Below, in pieces: positions 16,651-26,512 of a stretch of 60,408 nt of DNA. The translations under genes and the position numbers were made by a program. The notes under the pieces are model-generated. The model saw only the letters and a program-made list of their open reading frames with translations, was not told where the DNA came from and ran no database searches. The stretch lies in IMG/VR virus record IMGVR_UViG_3300021961_000099, positions 1 through 60,408 of that record, one strand, 5' to 3'. Source of the DNA: a virus. Lineage: Duplodnaviria > Caudoviricetes. Within the stretch, counting starts at the first letter, position 1. Every line of letters begins with the position of its first letter.

Positions 16651-19026
16651 TTAATTAAGTACTTTCGAAATGTTGTTTTCTTTTTTGATTTTAACTATGT
16701 TGTCCGCCCAATTATTGATTAGTGGATTATGCGAAATTACAAAAACTTTTTCAAAATAATCTTTAATCTTGATAAAAAATTCTGATACCATTTCTAAATT
16801 TTCATTTGATATCTTTCCAAAAACTTCGTCCATAACTACAAGATTAGGTTTTGGTAAGGTACAAATCTTAGTCAGTACCGATCTAAGAGCGAGTGATGCT
16901 ATTGTTTTTTCATAACCCGAACCACTTGTCATAAGTTTTTCAATACCAGTACTATTGTCAATCATCATAAACTCAACCTCATTCTTATCGTTGATTCTAA
17001 TTTCAAGTTTGAAGTAACAAGAATCTTCCATAAGTCTTTGAAGTTCGGAATTAATTAGTGGCATCATGGTTTTCATTATTATTTTTGAAACTCCATTTTT
17101 ACCATAAGCCTCGAGATAAATTTTATAAATTTTTTCCCTTTCCTCTTCTTCTTTGATTTTGACAATCATCTTTTTGTTGTTTTCAATCTTTTCTTCTAAC
17201 GAAGTAATTGAAACTTTGTTACCTGAAATCACAGAATTAATTTTTGTTTTTTCTCTTTCGAGTTCTTCAAGTCTCAAGTCGGCTTTAATCAACTGACCAT
17301 CAATCTTTTGATTTTCTTGAATCTTATCTTGGATCTCTTCCCACCTTTTGAGTTTGTCTTTCAACGCACTTATTTTCAAATCACAACTTTCAACTAAGAT
17401 CTCATATTTTTCTTTAACAAGTTTGTTTTTTTCATATTCGTCAAACTCCTTCTTTAACTGAACAAAACTTTGTTCTTTGCGGGATAAATCCTGCATAAGT
17501 GTTGTTTTTGTGGTTTTATGCACGATAAGTCCATCAAGTTCTGCGATTTTGGCATTGGTAATTGCCGCGTTCATTAACTCAATTCCACAGTGTTCACATT
17601 TGATTCCACCTTCAACCTCAGACTTTAGTTTGTTGATTGATGAAATTTCTGTATCAATCTGAACCACTTCTTTATAGATCTCGTTGTATTGTTCTTTAAC
17701 CTCATCGTGTTTATCCTCATGATAATACTCACTTGGTTCAAAAACTTTTAGTTCATTAATTTTAGAAATGTAACCTTTCTTTTCAAAGTCAATCGTGTTG
17801 ATTTCTTCTTGAACTTGAGTCGGATTTAATCTACTAATTTCTTGATCAATGTTGGAGTGTTTCTTTTTCAACATGTCGTCTCGGTAGTTTTTACCTTTAA
17901 AAATCGCTTCCTCAACATTTGTTAATTCTTTTGTATTATCTTCAATTTGAGTATTCAGTGTTTGTATTGACTCTTGGTGAGTTGTGATGTCATCTTTTAA
18001 TTGTTCAGATGAATACACATTTGACAACTTTTGTTTTGAAAACTCCCCGTAGATTTCTTTTGCAACCTCTTCTTTTTTCTTCAGGAACTCAAGACCCATA
18101 AATCTTGATAACACCTGACCACGAGCGGTTGGTTTCGACTCTAACAATTCTTCGAGGTTTGACCCTGTTGTTAAAATTGTCATTAAGAAGTCTTCTTTGG
18201 TTCCAATTGAAGTTTTAATAAACGCTTCAGTTTCTCTTCTTTGTTCTCCTGTAAAGTTCAATAATGTTCCATCAGATAGTTTTTTAAAGAAGTCCAACTC
18301 GGTTTTAACATTCCATTCACCTTTTTTGGACATCTTTCTTTCAATGTTTCTTACAATAACATATTCTTCACCATCAATTGTGATTTCACCTTTGACATGA
18401 ACTTTGTCTTTGTTTGAAAATCTATTGAATATTTCTTCAGCCTTTGTTGTCTTGGTTGTTTCATTAAAGAACAAGAACATTAAAAGATCCACCGTCAACA
18501 CGGTCTTACCACCAAAGTTAGGTGGATCTGACTCTACCACCACAATACCACTCAACTTATCAAAATCTAACTTTTGATTATCACCATACGATAAAAAGTT
18601 TGAGAACTCAATGTTTCTAATATACCACTTTTTAAACTGAGATTGGTTTTCTTCATCACCATTCATTTTGTTCTCAACCATTTTGTTGATTGACAAAATA
18701 TCATCAGTTTTTTCTTTGTAACCTTTCGACTCAATAAAATTCTTCAACAAGTCCAACTGGTAGTTTGCATCACTAATGTTTACTGAAACATCAATTGATT
18801 GCATGTCCTCAGTTTGAGTTTGTTTTGCCTTGGTTAAAACATTTACATTAGTTGTGTTATACTTTTTTGAAAAGTAATGTTTAACACTTTTAATTTTATC
18901 TTGTGTAAAGTTTTCTGGTAAATCTTCCCAAACAACTTGTATAATTGGGTTTTCGTATGAAGAAAAGTCCAAATCTTTTATCATAATTTTATAATTGTAT
19001 TGTTTTGGTGGATTGAATAAATCCAT
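16651..19026 (-). CDS. sbcC: SbcC/Rad50/gp46-like recombination ATPase
   Basis: IEFSNFLSYG, Walker A variant NFGGKT, coiled coil with CEHC zinc hook, signature SGSGYEK, Walker B VVMDE, VISH. Confidence 0.92.
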   Translation of the reverse strand: MDLFNPPKQYNYKIMIKDLDFSSYENPIIQVVWEDLPENFTQDKIKSVKHYFSKKYNTTNVNVLTKAKQTQTEDMQSIDVSVNISDANYQLDLLKNFIESKGYKEKTDDILSINKMVENKMNGDEENQSQFKKWYIRNIEFSNFLSYGDNQKLDFDKLSGIVVVESDPPNFGGKTVLTVDLLMFLFFNETTKTTKAEEIFNRFSNKDKVHVKGEITIDGEEYVIVRNIERKMSKKGEWNVKTELDFFKKLSDGTLLNFTGEQRRETEAFIKTSIGTKEDFLMTILTTGSNLEELLESKPTARGQVLSRFMGLEFLKKKEEVAKEIYGEFSKQKLSNVYSSEQLKDDITTHQESIQTLNTQIEDNTKELTNVEEAIFKGKNYRDDMLKKKHSNIDQEISRLNPTQVQEEINTIDFEKKGYISKINELKVFEPSEYYHEDKHDEVKEQYNEIYKEVVQIDTEISSINKLKSEVEGGIKCEHCGIELMNAAITNAKIAELDGLIVHKTTKTTLMQDLSRKEQSFVQLKKEFDEYEKNKLVKEKYEILVESCDLKISALKDKLKRWEEIQDKIQENQKIDGQLIKADLRLEELEREKTKINSVISGNKVSITSLEEKIENNKKMIVKIKEEEEREKIYKIYLEAYGKNGVSKIIMKTMMPLINSELQRLMEDSCYFKLEIRINDKNEVEFMMIDNSTGIEKLMTSGSGYEKTIASLALRSVLTKICTLPKPNLVVMDEVFGKISNENLEMVSEFFIKIKDYFEKVFVISHNPLINNWADNIVKIKKENNISKVLN

Positions 19027-19029
19027 TTT

Positions 19030-19311
19030 TTATTCTTCTGTTGGTAATTCTTCTTCAAATTCTTTATTAATTTTTGCAGATTCTTCTTCATTTGGAATGA
19101 ACATGAATGGGTTATCTACTATTCTATCTTGAACTATTTCCATGTTCAATTCTTGGTCTCCAAGTTGAGCCTTTAATTCATCTTCTTTTAGTTTCAATAG
19201 TTGTTCTTGAAATAACATGTCAAATGCTTTTTGCATTCCGGACTTTTGTTGTTTAAGTCTAGCGTTTCTTGCTGCAACTTTTTTTCTGTGTTCTTTAGCT
19301 TTCTTACCCAT
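19030..19311 (-). CDS. Hypothetical protein (basic N-terminus, acidic C-terminus)
   Basis: 93 aa ORF in the operon. Confidence 0.65.
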   Translation of the reverse strand: MGKKAKEHRKKVAARNARLKQQKSGMQKAFDMLFQEQLLKLKEDELKAQLGDQELNMEIVQDRIVDNPFMFIPNEEESAKINKEFEEELPTEE

Positions 19312-19322
19312 TTTTTTAGTTT

Positions 19323-19676
19323 TTAATTATTATTCGGTCTATTTTCTTCAAACCATTCAATGACACTGTTGATTGCCCATACGGCACCTGCAGATAACAT
19401 TCCATCGAAGAATACTGAAAAATATTTATTAAGTCCAATCATTTCATACCAAGGAGCAAAAAGTGTTAATGATAGGAAAAACCCTACCCATGTGGATGTG
19501 CATAACACACACTGTATCAAACTTGATACAAACTCAAATACTGGTCTTAAAATTAACCATCCCACATTTGGTTGTGCGTTTTTATGTATCCAATTTCTCA
19601 ACCCATTAAAGATTGATCCGTAAACTAGAATGTTTGTCATTCCATAGGCCGCGATAACCCACATTAATATAATCAT
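19323..19676 (-). CDS. Membrane protein with a CxxC motif (DUF1360-like)
   Basis: About 3 TMs with LIQCVLCTSTWVG, resembling the L..C.WC...W motif of DUF1360. Confidence 0.6.
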   Translation of the reverse strand: MIILMWVIAAYGMTNILVYGSIFNGLRNWIHKNAQPNVGWLILRPVFEFVSSLIQCVLCTSTWVGFFLSLTLFAPWYEMIGLNKYFSVFFDGMLSAGAVWAINSVIEWFEENRPNNN

Positions 19677-20518
19677 ATTCGTCTATTTAAATTTGATCCC
19701 CTCAGAAGGTAAGCTTGATTCGGTCCATTCAGAAGTTCTCGGTTTATTTTTTCTAATTCTTTTAATTGTTCATTCTTTTGTTGCAATTCACTTCTTAAAT
19801 TTTGTAAAGTTTCTTGAAGTAATTTAAGTTTTTCATTTAGTTGATTTTCTGAGTTTTCATCACGAACATATTCAATATTTGTGACAATTTTTTCAACAGG
19901 TACCTCGACTATTTTTTCTACTTCCTTGATTATTTCAATAGGTGGTTTATCTAAAAGTTCGTCTAAAGAATGTCTAAGTTCATCTATTTCCTCATCCTTT
20001 TTAGACATTCTATTTTGGAAAATATTTTCCATTTCTTCCATTTTAGTGGAAAATTCTTGTTTGTCAGATTCCAACTGTTGTATTTTTAACAACAGTTCAT
20101 TTACTTGTTTGTCATCTGTTATGTAAACTTCTTTTTCAACTACCTTTTCAACGGGAACTTCTTTGACAACTTCCTTAACCACGACTTTGTCTACAGGTAC
20201 TTCTTTTACTATCTCAACTACCTTTTCAACAATTTTTTCAACAGGAACTTCAACAATTTTTTCAACCTCTTTGATGACTTCAACAGGAATTTCTACTCGT
20301 TTTTCAACAATTATCTCTTTTTCCACCCATTTTTCTTGAACTCCGCTCGTTTTTAAGTCTTTTTCACCTTCATTAAGTGTTTTTTCCAAAAGTCCGTACT
20401 TCTTTATATCATAACCTTGTTTGAAGCAATCTTGTACAAATTTATTTATATCTGTAATGCCATTGTGCATACAGTACTCATAAATCTCCTTGTTATTTTT
20501 TATATCAATGGAGTACAT
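19673..20518 (-). CDS. Coiled-coil protein with EKIVEVP repeats
   Basis: Many VEKIVEVP/KEVPVEK repeats plus coiled-coil segments. Confidence 0.8.
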   Translation of the reverse strand: MYSIDIKNNKEIYEYCMHNGITDINKFVQDCFKQGYDIKKYGLLEKTLNEGEKDLKTSGVQEKWVEKEIIVEKRVEIPVEVIKEVEKIVEVPVEKIVEKVVEIVKEVPVDKVVVKEVVKEVPVEKVVEKEVYITDDKQVNELLLKIQQLESDKQEFSTKMEEMENIFQNRMSKKDEEIDELRHSLDELLDKPPIEIIKEVEKIVEVPVEKIVTNIEYVRDENSENQLNEKLKLLQETLQNLRSELQQKNEQLKELEKINRELLNGPNQAYLLRGSNLNRRI

Positions 20519-20524
20519 TGAATA

Positions 20525-21304
20525 TTACAGATTTGCAAGTTTTTCACTTCCTTCGGTTATGTCATCAAATGACTTGATTGTAAATTTTAAAAATGGTTTT
20601 GGGTTTGGTAGATCAACATAAGAATATTCTTTTTTTTCAACATCATAAATTCCATAACCGTGTCGTCCAACACTTTCTCCGATATTCTGTTGAATTGGTG
20701 AACCAATCATATACCCTTTACCTGTCTTGAATTTAAACTCTTGTCGTTTGTGAATATCTCCACATAATACGGTTTCAAGTCCATCGAATTTTTCAACATC
20801 ATATGCTTCTTCACCGAAGTCAAATCCAAGATCTGTTTTCATTCCCTGTATTGGTCCGTGAAACAAACCGATTCTCTTACCTTTTGATTCTGTAATGTCA
20901 GGTGGAATGTTTCCTTGGTATTGTGAATATACACACCAACTGATGTTTTCGTCTTCATACACACCTCTGTCTTTATAATATTTTATGTCAGGGTCACTTA
21001 AAGAATCAATGATTGGCGTAAGAGCGTCTAATCTCTCAGTGTTATTCACCAAGAAGTCGTGGTTACCGGGTATAATGATTGTTTTAGCAATAAAAGAACA
21101 TTCTGTTAGAACCCATCTAACCATCTCAATAAGTTCTGGTGTCATTTGGTTTTTAGAGTGTACTAAATCACCTGTAAACACGATACGATCAGGTTCTAAC
21201 TCTCTCCACTGATTAATAGCGGTTTTTAATATTGACTTATAAAGATCGTGATCCTTGAATAGTCGAATATGTAAATCAGAAAAATGTATTAGCTTTTTAA
21301 TCAT
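20525..21304 (-). CDS. sbcD: SbcD/Mre11/gp47-like metallophosphoesterase nuclease
   Basis: DLH, GDLVH, PGNHD, FHG, GDIH and GSPIQQNIGE motifs. Confidence 0.9.
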   Translation of the reverse strand: MIKKLIHFSDLHIRLFKDHDLYKSILKTAINQWRELEPDRIVFTGDLVHSKNQMTPELIEMVRWVLTECSFIAKTIIIPGNHDFLVNNTERLDALTPIIDSLSDPDIKYYKDRGVYEDENISWCVYSQYQGNIPPDITESKGKRIGLFHGPIQGMKTDLGFDFGEEAYDVEKFDGLETVLCGDIHKRQEFKFKTGKGYMIGSPIQQNIGESVGRHGYGIYDVEKKEYSYVDLPNPKPFLKFTIKSFDDITEGSEKLANL

Positions 21305-21305
21305 A

Positions 21306-21527
21306 TTACTTTTCGATTCTCATGTTTGTATTTGCAATTGGTACTCTGAAGACAGGAATTGATGTATATGATTCATCGTCAACTTTTTGCATTACTTCGT
21401 AGAAACCAAGTTCACTACATTTAACTGTTGATATATTACCAAAACTTTGTAATACATTTGATTTTCCTATTGAACCCTCTAATAGAGTTACTTCTTTTGT
21501 TGTTGTGTTAAAAATTAATGTTTGCAT
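21306..21527 (-). CDS. Hypothetical protein
   Basis: 73 aa ORF, tightly packed with neighbours. Confidence 0.65.
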   Translation of the reverse strand: MQTLIFNTTTKEVTLLEGSIGKSNVLQSFGNISTVKCSELGFYEVMQKVDDESYTSIPVFRVPIANTNMRIEK

Positions 21528-21528
21528 T

Positions 21529-21780
21529 TTAATCGTTTAATTGTTGTTTATCCCCACAATATATTTCGTAAGGTTTATAAAAAGGATCGTCACTTGGAAT
21601 AGGATTTACCGGAAAAGGATTCATTGGTATTGGGATTCTGAAAGGTTCTGTAATACCAAGTTTGGGTTCATCTTTAACTTGTCCCATTTTTTCAACGATC
21701 GGTGAAATATCAATGTGTTTGTTTTCAAGTTTACCATGAAGGTATCCTTCTAACCAAATATAAAATTCTTTATGTGTCAT
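21529..21780 (-). CDS. Hypothetical protein
   Basis: 83 aa; starts MTHKEFYIWLEGYL, Pro-rich tail. Confidence 0.65.
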   Translation of the reverse strand: MTHKEFYIWLEGYLHGKLENKHIDISPIVEKMGQVKDEPKLGITEPFRIPIPMNPFPVNPIPSDDPFYKPYEIYCGDKQQLND

Positions 21781-21923
21781 GCTGTTTCTCTACAATATAA
21801 TGTTGCAAGAATCATTCTTGCAAATCTGAAATGTTTAACTCTACCCAAATTAAGACCGTAGAGTAATGCGATACTTTCTAAGTATGGTTCAGCTTCGCTG
21901 ATGGTCATTTTACCAATTTCCAT
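21777..21923 (-). CDS. Small hypothetical protein (48 aa: MEIGKMTISEAEPYLESIALLYGLNLGRVKHFRFARMILATLYCRETA)
   Basis: Translated manually; fills the gap exactly, with TAATG and ATGA overlaps to both neighbours. Confidence 0.7.
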   Translation of the reverse strand: MEIGKMTISEAEPYLESIALLYGLNLGRVKHFRFARMILATLYCRETA

Positions 21924-22141
21924 TAGTCAATGAATAGTTCGAAGTCTTCGTTCACATGACCACACTCATTACACATATAGGTTGGGAATGGTACAATCGT
22001 GTCTTCAGCACTTCCTGTTAATAACTTAGGAACTTTTTTTAACATGGTCACTTCTTTGAAGAATCGTGAATCACATTTTTCACATTTGATAGTCTGTTGT
22101 TCTTTCAAATTAATTTTTGGTCTAATAATCTCGTCGCTCAT
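21923..22141 (-). CDS. Zinc-ribbon protein
   Basis: CEKC...CNECG; preceded by TTGACT-N17-TATATT (22156-22184). Confidence 0.75.
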   Translation of the reverse strand: MSDEIIRPKINLKEQQTIKCEKCDSRFFKEVTMLKKVPKLLTGSAEDTIVPFPTYMCNECGHVNEDFELFID

Positions 22142-22163
22142 AATTTTTTATTTTTAATATAGT

Positions 22164-23027
22164 TTATTTTTTTAGTTTAGTCAAATATTGTTTCATGTCC
22201 ATTTCAAGTATTGTATTCATAGTTTTCTTTGATACTCGATACTCGTGGAACTCTCTTTCTTCAGTTAAAAGGACCACAATACAACCTAAAAGTGGTGTAC
22301 CCTCATACTTGGTCCCTTCCAACATTTTTAATAACAATTTACCATAAAAAGGTAATTGTGTTTGATAGTGACCTAAAGCATTATCAGGTAAATCCTCAAA
22401 TGGTTTTTTCATATTCTTGGTATATCTTGTAACAGCAAAGTTTTTTGGTTTGTTTGTTTTCCAGTCTGTTATTAAAATACCTAACTTACCATTAGTCCCA
22501 ACAACCAACCAAACTTTATCGGGTTGTCCAGTATAACCAAGTTCGGGATGACCTAATACCATCTCAGTATCAATCAAGACACATCCTCTATCTTTAATTA
22601 GATCGATATATCTTTTTCCTGTGACAATCATAGTATCACTTTTAATTATTTGTTCAGCATCACATTCAAAGATCGGTTGACGAACTTCCTTCTCAACACC
22701 AAATTCTTTCAAAGTATGTTCTTCTAAAAAGAAGTGACATCGTGATCCGAGGTTGGTTGATATTCTACCAGCCTCAGCCCACTCTTCCATTAGTCTTTCT
22801 GCTTCATCAGGGTCTCCACCAGCCTTACTATATGCCGCTTGTTCTGTTGGAAATTCTTCGTAGAACAATTTCATTACTTTGGAAACTGATGGGAAGTCGC
22901 TTCTTAGATTTCCTTTATCATCCAACATGGTGTATTTATGTGACTCTTCCTCAAATGTTAATTGAAACTCTTTTTGTTTTTGTTCAATTATATCTCGTAT
23001 TTCTTGTGCAATCTGTTTTAAATCCAT
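22164..23027 (-). CDS. PD-(D/E)XK exonuclease (Cas4/RecB-like family)
   Basis: PSVS, GSRCH, E..GQPD..DWKT and YQTQLPFY motifs. Confidence 0.85.
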   Translation of the reverse strand: MDLKQIAQEIRDIIEQKQKEFQLTFEEESHKYTMLDDKGNLRSDFPSVSKVMKLFYEEFPTEQAAYSKAGGDPDEAERLMEEWAEAGRISTNLGSRCHFFLEEHTLKEFGVEKEVRQPIFECDAEQIIKSDTMIVTGKRYIDLIKDRGCVLIDTEMVLGHPELGYTGQPDKVWLVVGTNGKLGILITDWKTNKPKNFAVTRYTKNMKKPFEDLPDNALGHYQTQLPFYGKLLLKMLEGTKYEGTPLLGCIVVLLTEEREFHEYRVSKKTMNTILEMDMKQYLTKLKK

Positions 23028-23926
23028 TATCTTATTATATAGTAATATTCATCTTTTATTTCACCCCTAAGATCCGCGATGTCCTTTTCATCAGGTAACT
23101 TTATTAATTTAATTCTTCCCCATAACTCACCACCGTGTAACTCGTGATATAGGTTTACGGCGTTTTCCCAAGCGTCAGCATCTAAACAGATGATAATATC
23201 ACCTTTAGCCTTTTTGTAGATTGTATCAAACAAAAGTTCTGACATATGTTTACCTAACATGGGAATTGAGTTGTCCAAAAATAATCCGTCAAAGGCACCT
23301 TCAACTAAAAATATATCTTTATTCCAATCAATCAGACTTTCCCAAAAGATGATTTTGTCTTTTTCTGCTTCAGGGTTTTTATATTTGGCTCGGGACATTG
23401 GGTTCCAACTTCTTGCAATATAATAGTTCAATTCACCCTTACTGTCGTATGATGGAATTACAATACGACCAGCGTGATCACCTTTATCACAGAAACCAAT
23501 TTGATATTTTTCAATCATATAATCGGAAATTCCCCGATTATGTAGATAATTTATAGCCTGTTTTCTTACCGGATATACTGTGCTAGAATCTTTAAACAAA
23601 GTGTATCCATTTGGAAGTTTGAGTGTCTTTTTCTTTTTTTCTCTTTTAATAACGGTTTCTGGTTTGAAAACTTGATATAATTTTTTTTGTTTTTTGTTAC
23701 CATATTTGTCAAATATCTTACCTAAAGCTCCATGGGTTCCCTCACTATCACCGCAGGACCAACACTTATAGACATTGTCTATGTAGTTAACTTCCAAATT
23801 GTGTTTATTTCTTCCATCGTCACACACAGGACAGTTGAAAGAAATTTGTCCTCGGTTGGGGTAGTGAAGTCCATGGTCACCCAAAACTTCCTCTAATAAC
23901 TCAACCAATGCTTCATTTTCATCCAT
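23027..23926 (-). CDS. dnaG: DNA primase (Zn finger + TOPRIM)
   Basis: CPVC...CWSC zinc finger, YLHNRGI, RIVIP, KYKNP, VEGAFD, LDADA. Confidence 0.9.
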   Translation of the reverse strand: MDENEALVELLEEVLGDHGLHYPNRGQISFNCPVCDDGRNKHNLEVNYIDNVYKCWSCGDSEGTHGALGKIFDKYGNKKQKKLYQVFKPETVIKREKKKKTLKLPNGYTLFKDSSTVYPVRKQAINYLHNRGISDYMIEKYQIGFCDKGDHAGRIVIPSYDSKGELNYYIARSWNPMSRAKYKNPEAEKDKIIFWESLIDWNKDIFLVEGAFDGLFLDNSIPMLGKHMSELLFDTIYKKAKGDIIICLDADAWENAVNLYHELHGGELWGRIKLIKLPDEKDIADLRGEIKDEYYYIIR

Positions 23927-23933
23927 CCCTTAT

Positions 23934-23962
23934 AATATAAACATAAACTTTCAATCAATCAA
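23934..23962 (-). promoter_or_regulatory. Sigma70-like promoter TTGATT-N17-TATATT for primase
   Basis: Exact 17-nt spacing, just upstream of the ATG. Confidence 0.55.
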
Positions 23963-24001
23963 CTACACAAAGTTTTGTAAGTTTTTATATTTATTACTGA
24001 T

Positions 24002-24223
24002 ATGCCAACACAAATAGTCATTTCTAGTATTAATGGAGTCGCACCATTTGATGTATATACCTGTGACACTGGTTACACCACATGTGTGTATATTGATACA
24101 ATTATGAGTTTAAGTGATATTCCATATTCATTTTTCATCCCTGTGTTCATGGAACCTATGCCATCATGGGGTATAAAAGTCGTTGATGACACTAAATGTG
24201 TGATATCTCAAATTGTAACATAA
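24002..24223 (+). CDS. Small Cys-containing beta protein, paralogue of 33233..33463
   Basis: Shared pattern MPTQIV..G..PF....CD.....C.Y...F..P.....P.....D..C...QI; TATTTAT at 23988-23994. Confidence 0.75.
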   Translation: MPTQIVISSINGVAPFDVYTCDTGYTTCVYIDTIMSLSDIPYSFFIPVFMEPMPSWGIKVVDDTKCVISQIVT

Positions 24224-24224
24224 T

Positions 24225-25799
24225 ATGTCTTGTAGTACTTTAGGTTTATTTTCATCGGCTAGTGATCCAGTAATTTCTTGTAACACGATTGTTACGACAC
24301 CTTTATATGGAAGCGGTTTAACTATCGGTGATGTTGTATACACAGATTCGGGTTGTACAACACCATCTTTACTTTCTTTTTGGTCAAATGGTGTAAATGT
24401 TTATGATGTTGATGGTTCAGGTATTATCCAAGGTACATCGGGTTGTTCATGTAGTCAGTTTTTTTGTGTGGAAAATGACACAACATATGAAGATACTTAT
24501 CAATTAGCGGGTACTTATAGTGGTTATAATTATTTTACGGGTCAGTCAACAAATTATTTTATATTTTATTCAACAGGCGAAACACGATGGTGTTTAGCGC
24601 AAAATTTGGGAGATCCTTGTGATCAATTTGGGCCTTATGGTAGTACTTCAACATGTCCTAATTTAGATGATTCAGTTGCTTATAGTGGTTTTTGTGTAAC
24701 AACAACTACAACTATCAATCCATGTGCAACCTTTGACTACGAAGCAATTTTCGATTGTTATGTTCAACCAACACCTACAATTACAACAACACCTTCTCCC
24801 ACCCCAACTTTTACCCCAACACCGTCACCAACGGAAATATGTGGAGGAAAAACTATGTTATTAGTTGTTAACAAACTTTCACCCACACCTACCCCTACTC
24901 CCACACCTACCCCATCCGCAACTCCACAGGTAACAAGACCATGTAACTTCTCAGGTGAAGTAATTTTTAATTCTATAAACGAGATTATACAATGTGCGAA
25001 TAGTAAAAAATTCAGAGACTGTTTTACAGGTATTGAATATTATACTTCTGATATGGTTTTAGTTTCTGGAACAACTTCGCCTAAAGAAGGTTATGTTTAT
25101 AACGCAACAATTAACGGTCTAAACTATTGTGTAATATTTGAAGGTCTTTTTGAGAACATAAGTGGTGTTGACAATATTGAACTCACAAATGAAGTTGGTG
25201 CCTCCAACTTAGGGGCTTGTTTGGATTGTACTCCAATAGAACCGAGTCCAATTTTGGAGTGTATTGTCGTTCATTCAACTTGTGGTGTTGTGAATGTGAG
25301 CCCAAGTGGTTATTTAAACGGTAAACTTTTCTATCAGTGGTATTTTCCGTCTTTACCAGGAACTGTTTATAAAATATATTGGGATTCAATAAATTTGAGA
25401 TGGAATGCCGCTAACAATTTTTCAAGTATACCTGGATCTTACTTATACATTGATTCTCAGACACCTGTAGGTTCTACACTTGAATGGGTTGATTCTCCAT
25501 TGAATCAGAATTGTATCAAGAGTGTTAATAATTTTTATACAACTTTACTTGAGGTTCCTTGTCCTTCATTAACACCGACTCCAACACCAACCCCAAGTCC
25601 AACTCCTTGTGTTCAATATCAATATAGAGTTACTAACAATAGCCCTTCCAAATTAAGCGTTCAGTATACAAGTTGTCAAACGGGTTCTGAAAGTGTATCA
25701 CTAGCGGGTAATGTTTCCATAATAGTTTGTTCATCAACAACTCCTACATCAAACAATCCTCAGAATGTAGAAATTTCACAACTACCATATGTGTGTTAA
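24225..25799 (+). CDS. Cys-rich, Pro/Thr-repeat putative fibre/decoration protein
   Basis: Three (PT)n tracts, many Cys, and an NGK-x-Y...YxIxW module shared with 29217..31289. Confidence 0.7.
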   Translation: MSCSTLGLFSSASDPVISCNTIVTTPLYGSGLTIGDVVYTDSGCTTPSLLSFWSNGVNVYDVDGSGIIQGTSGCSCSQFFCVENDTTYEDTYQLAGTYSGYNYFTGQSTNYFIFYSTGETRWCLAQNLGDPCDQFGPYGSTSTCPNLDDSVAYSGFCVTTTTTINPCATFDYEAIFDCYVQPTPTITTTPSPTPTFTPTPSPTEICGGKTMLLVVNKLSPTPTPTPTPTPSATPQVTRPCNFSGEVIFNSINEIIQCANSKKFRDCFTGIEYYTSDMVLVSGTTSPKEGYVYNATINGLNYCVIFEGLFENISGVDNIELTNEVGASNLGACLDCTPIEPSPILECIVVHSTCGVVNVSPSGYLNGKLFYQWYFPSLPGTVYKIYWDSINLRWNAANNFSSIPGSYLYIDSQTPVGSTLEWVDSPLNQNCIKSVNNFYTTLLEVPCPSLTPTPTPTPSPTPCVQYQYRVTNNSPSKLSVQYTSCQTGSESVSLAGNVSIIVCSSTTPTSNNPQNVEISQLPYVC

Positions 25800-25828
25800 A
25801 AAAAAATATCGTCCCGAAAGACGATATT
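25798..25828 (-). terminator. Intrinsic terminator between convergent genes
   Basis: AATATCGTC-ccgaaa-GACGATATT with an A-tract on the left. Confidence 0.75.
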
Positions 25829-25854
25829 CACAATTATTGGTTATTTGACCGATA

Positions 25855-26460
25855 TTATTTCCATATACCTTTTGATCTCATAAACCCTAACGCACATGTA
25901 TACGCATCTGTTTGATCAAAATTTTCCTTCTTAAGGGTGTTATTTCTTGTGTATAACCACTTAATTTGTGGTTCTCTTTTGGCCACTTTATCCCAAATTA
26001 TCATTTTTTTATCCACATCTTTAGGTAAGCCACCAAACAAGACATGTTTTTTCTTATCGTTTTCTTGAACTAATTCGGGGAATGCAAATTTTCTAGAGTT
26101 ATAAGTCGAAATAAACTCAGGAACTATATCCAAGATATTATAAATCTCTTTGAATATAAAACTATTGAATCGAAGTAATGTTTGAATTGTATAAATATTA
26201 TTCGAATTCAACAACGGCTCCTCAATTATTACTCTAACAATACCCAAATTTTTATATTGTTTAAGTTTTTCTGAAAAGATTTCAGATTTCAAAAGTAATT
26301 CTTTCAATTTATCTTCATCTTTATCTACTTTCGGTCTTGGTGAAACATGTGTTAGTTCGAGTAATTCTTCTGTTTGGATGTCAAACAACGCCCAACCTAT
26401 GGTTTTAGTTGAAATGTCAAGACCCAAAACCTTGGGGGAGTTTTTAATATTTTTTGCCAT
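25855..26460 (-). CDS. ruvC: RuvC-like Holliday junction resolvase
   Basis: VLGLDISTKTIGWA, IIEEP and D..DAY catalytic motifs. Confidence 0.85.
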   Translation of the reverse strand: MAKNIKNSPKVLGLDISTKTIGWALFDIQTEELLELTHVSPRPKVDKDEDKLKELLLKSEIFSEKLKQYKNLGIVRVIIEEPLLNSNNIYTIQTLLRFNSFIFKEIYNILDIVPEFISTYNSRKFAFPELVQENDKKKHVLFGGLPKDVDKKMIIWDKVAKREPQIKWLYTRNNTLKKENFDQTDAYTCALGFMRSKGIWK

Positions 26461-26512
26461 AAGATTCTTTAATTAATTAATATATAAACAGATTGTTAAA
26501 AAATTGAATAGT

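Noticed and set aside
22164-23027. Cas4-like nuclease as evidence of a CRISPR system
   Set aside because: No other cas genes or array, and no four-Cys Fe-S pattern; stand-alone PD-(D/E)XK nucleases are common in phages.
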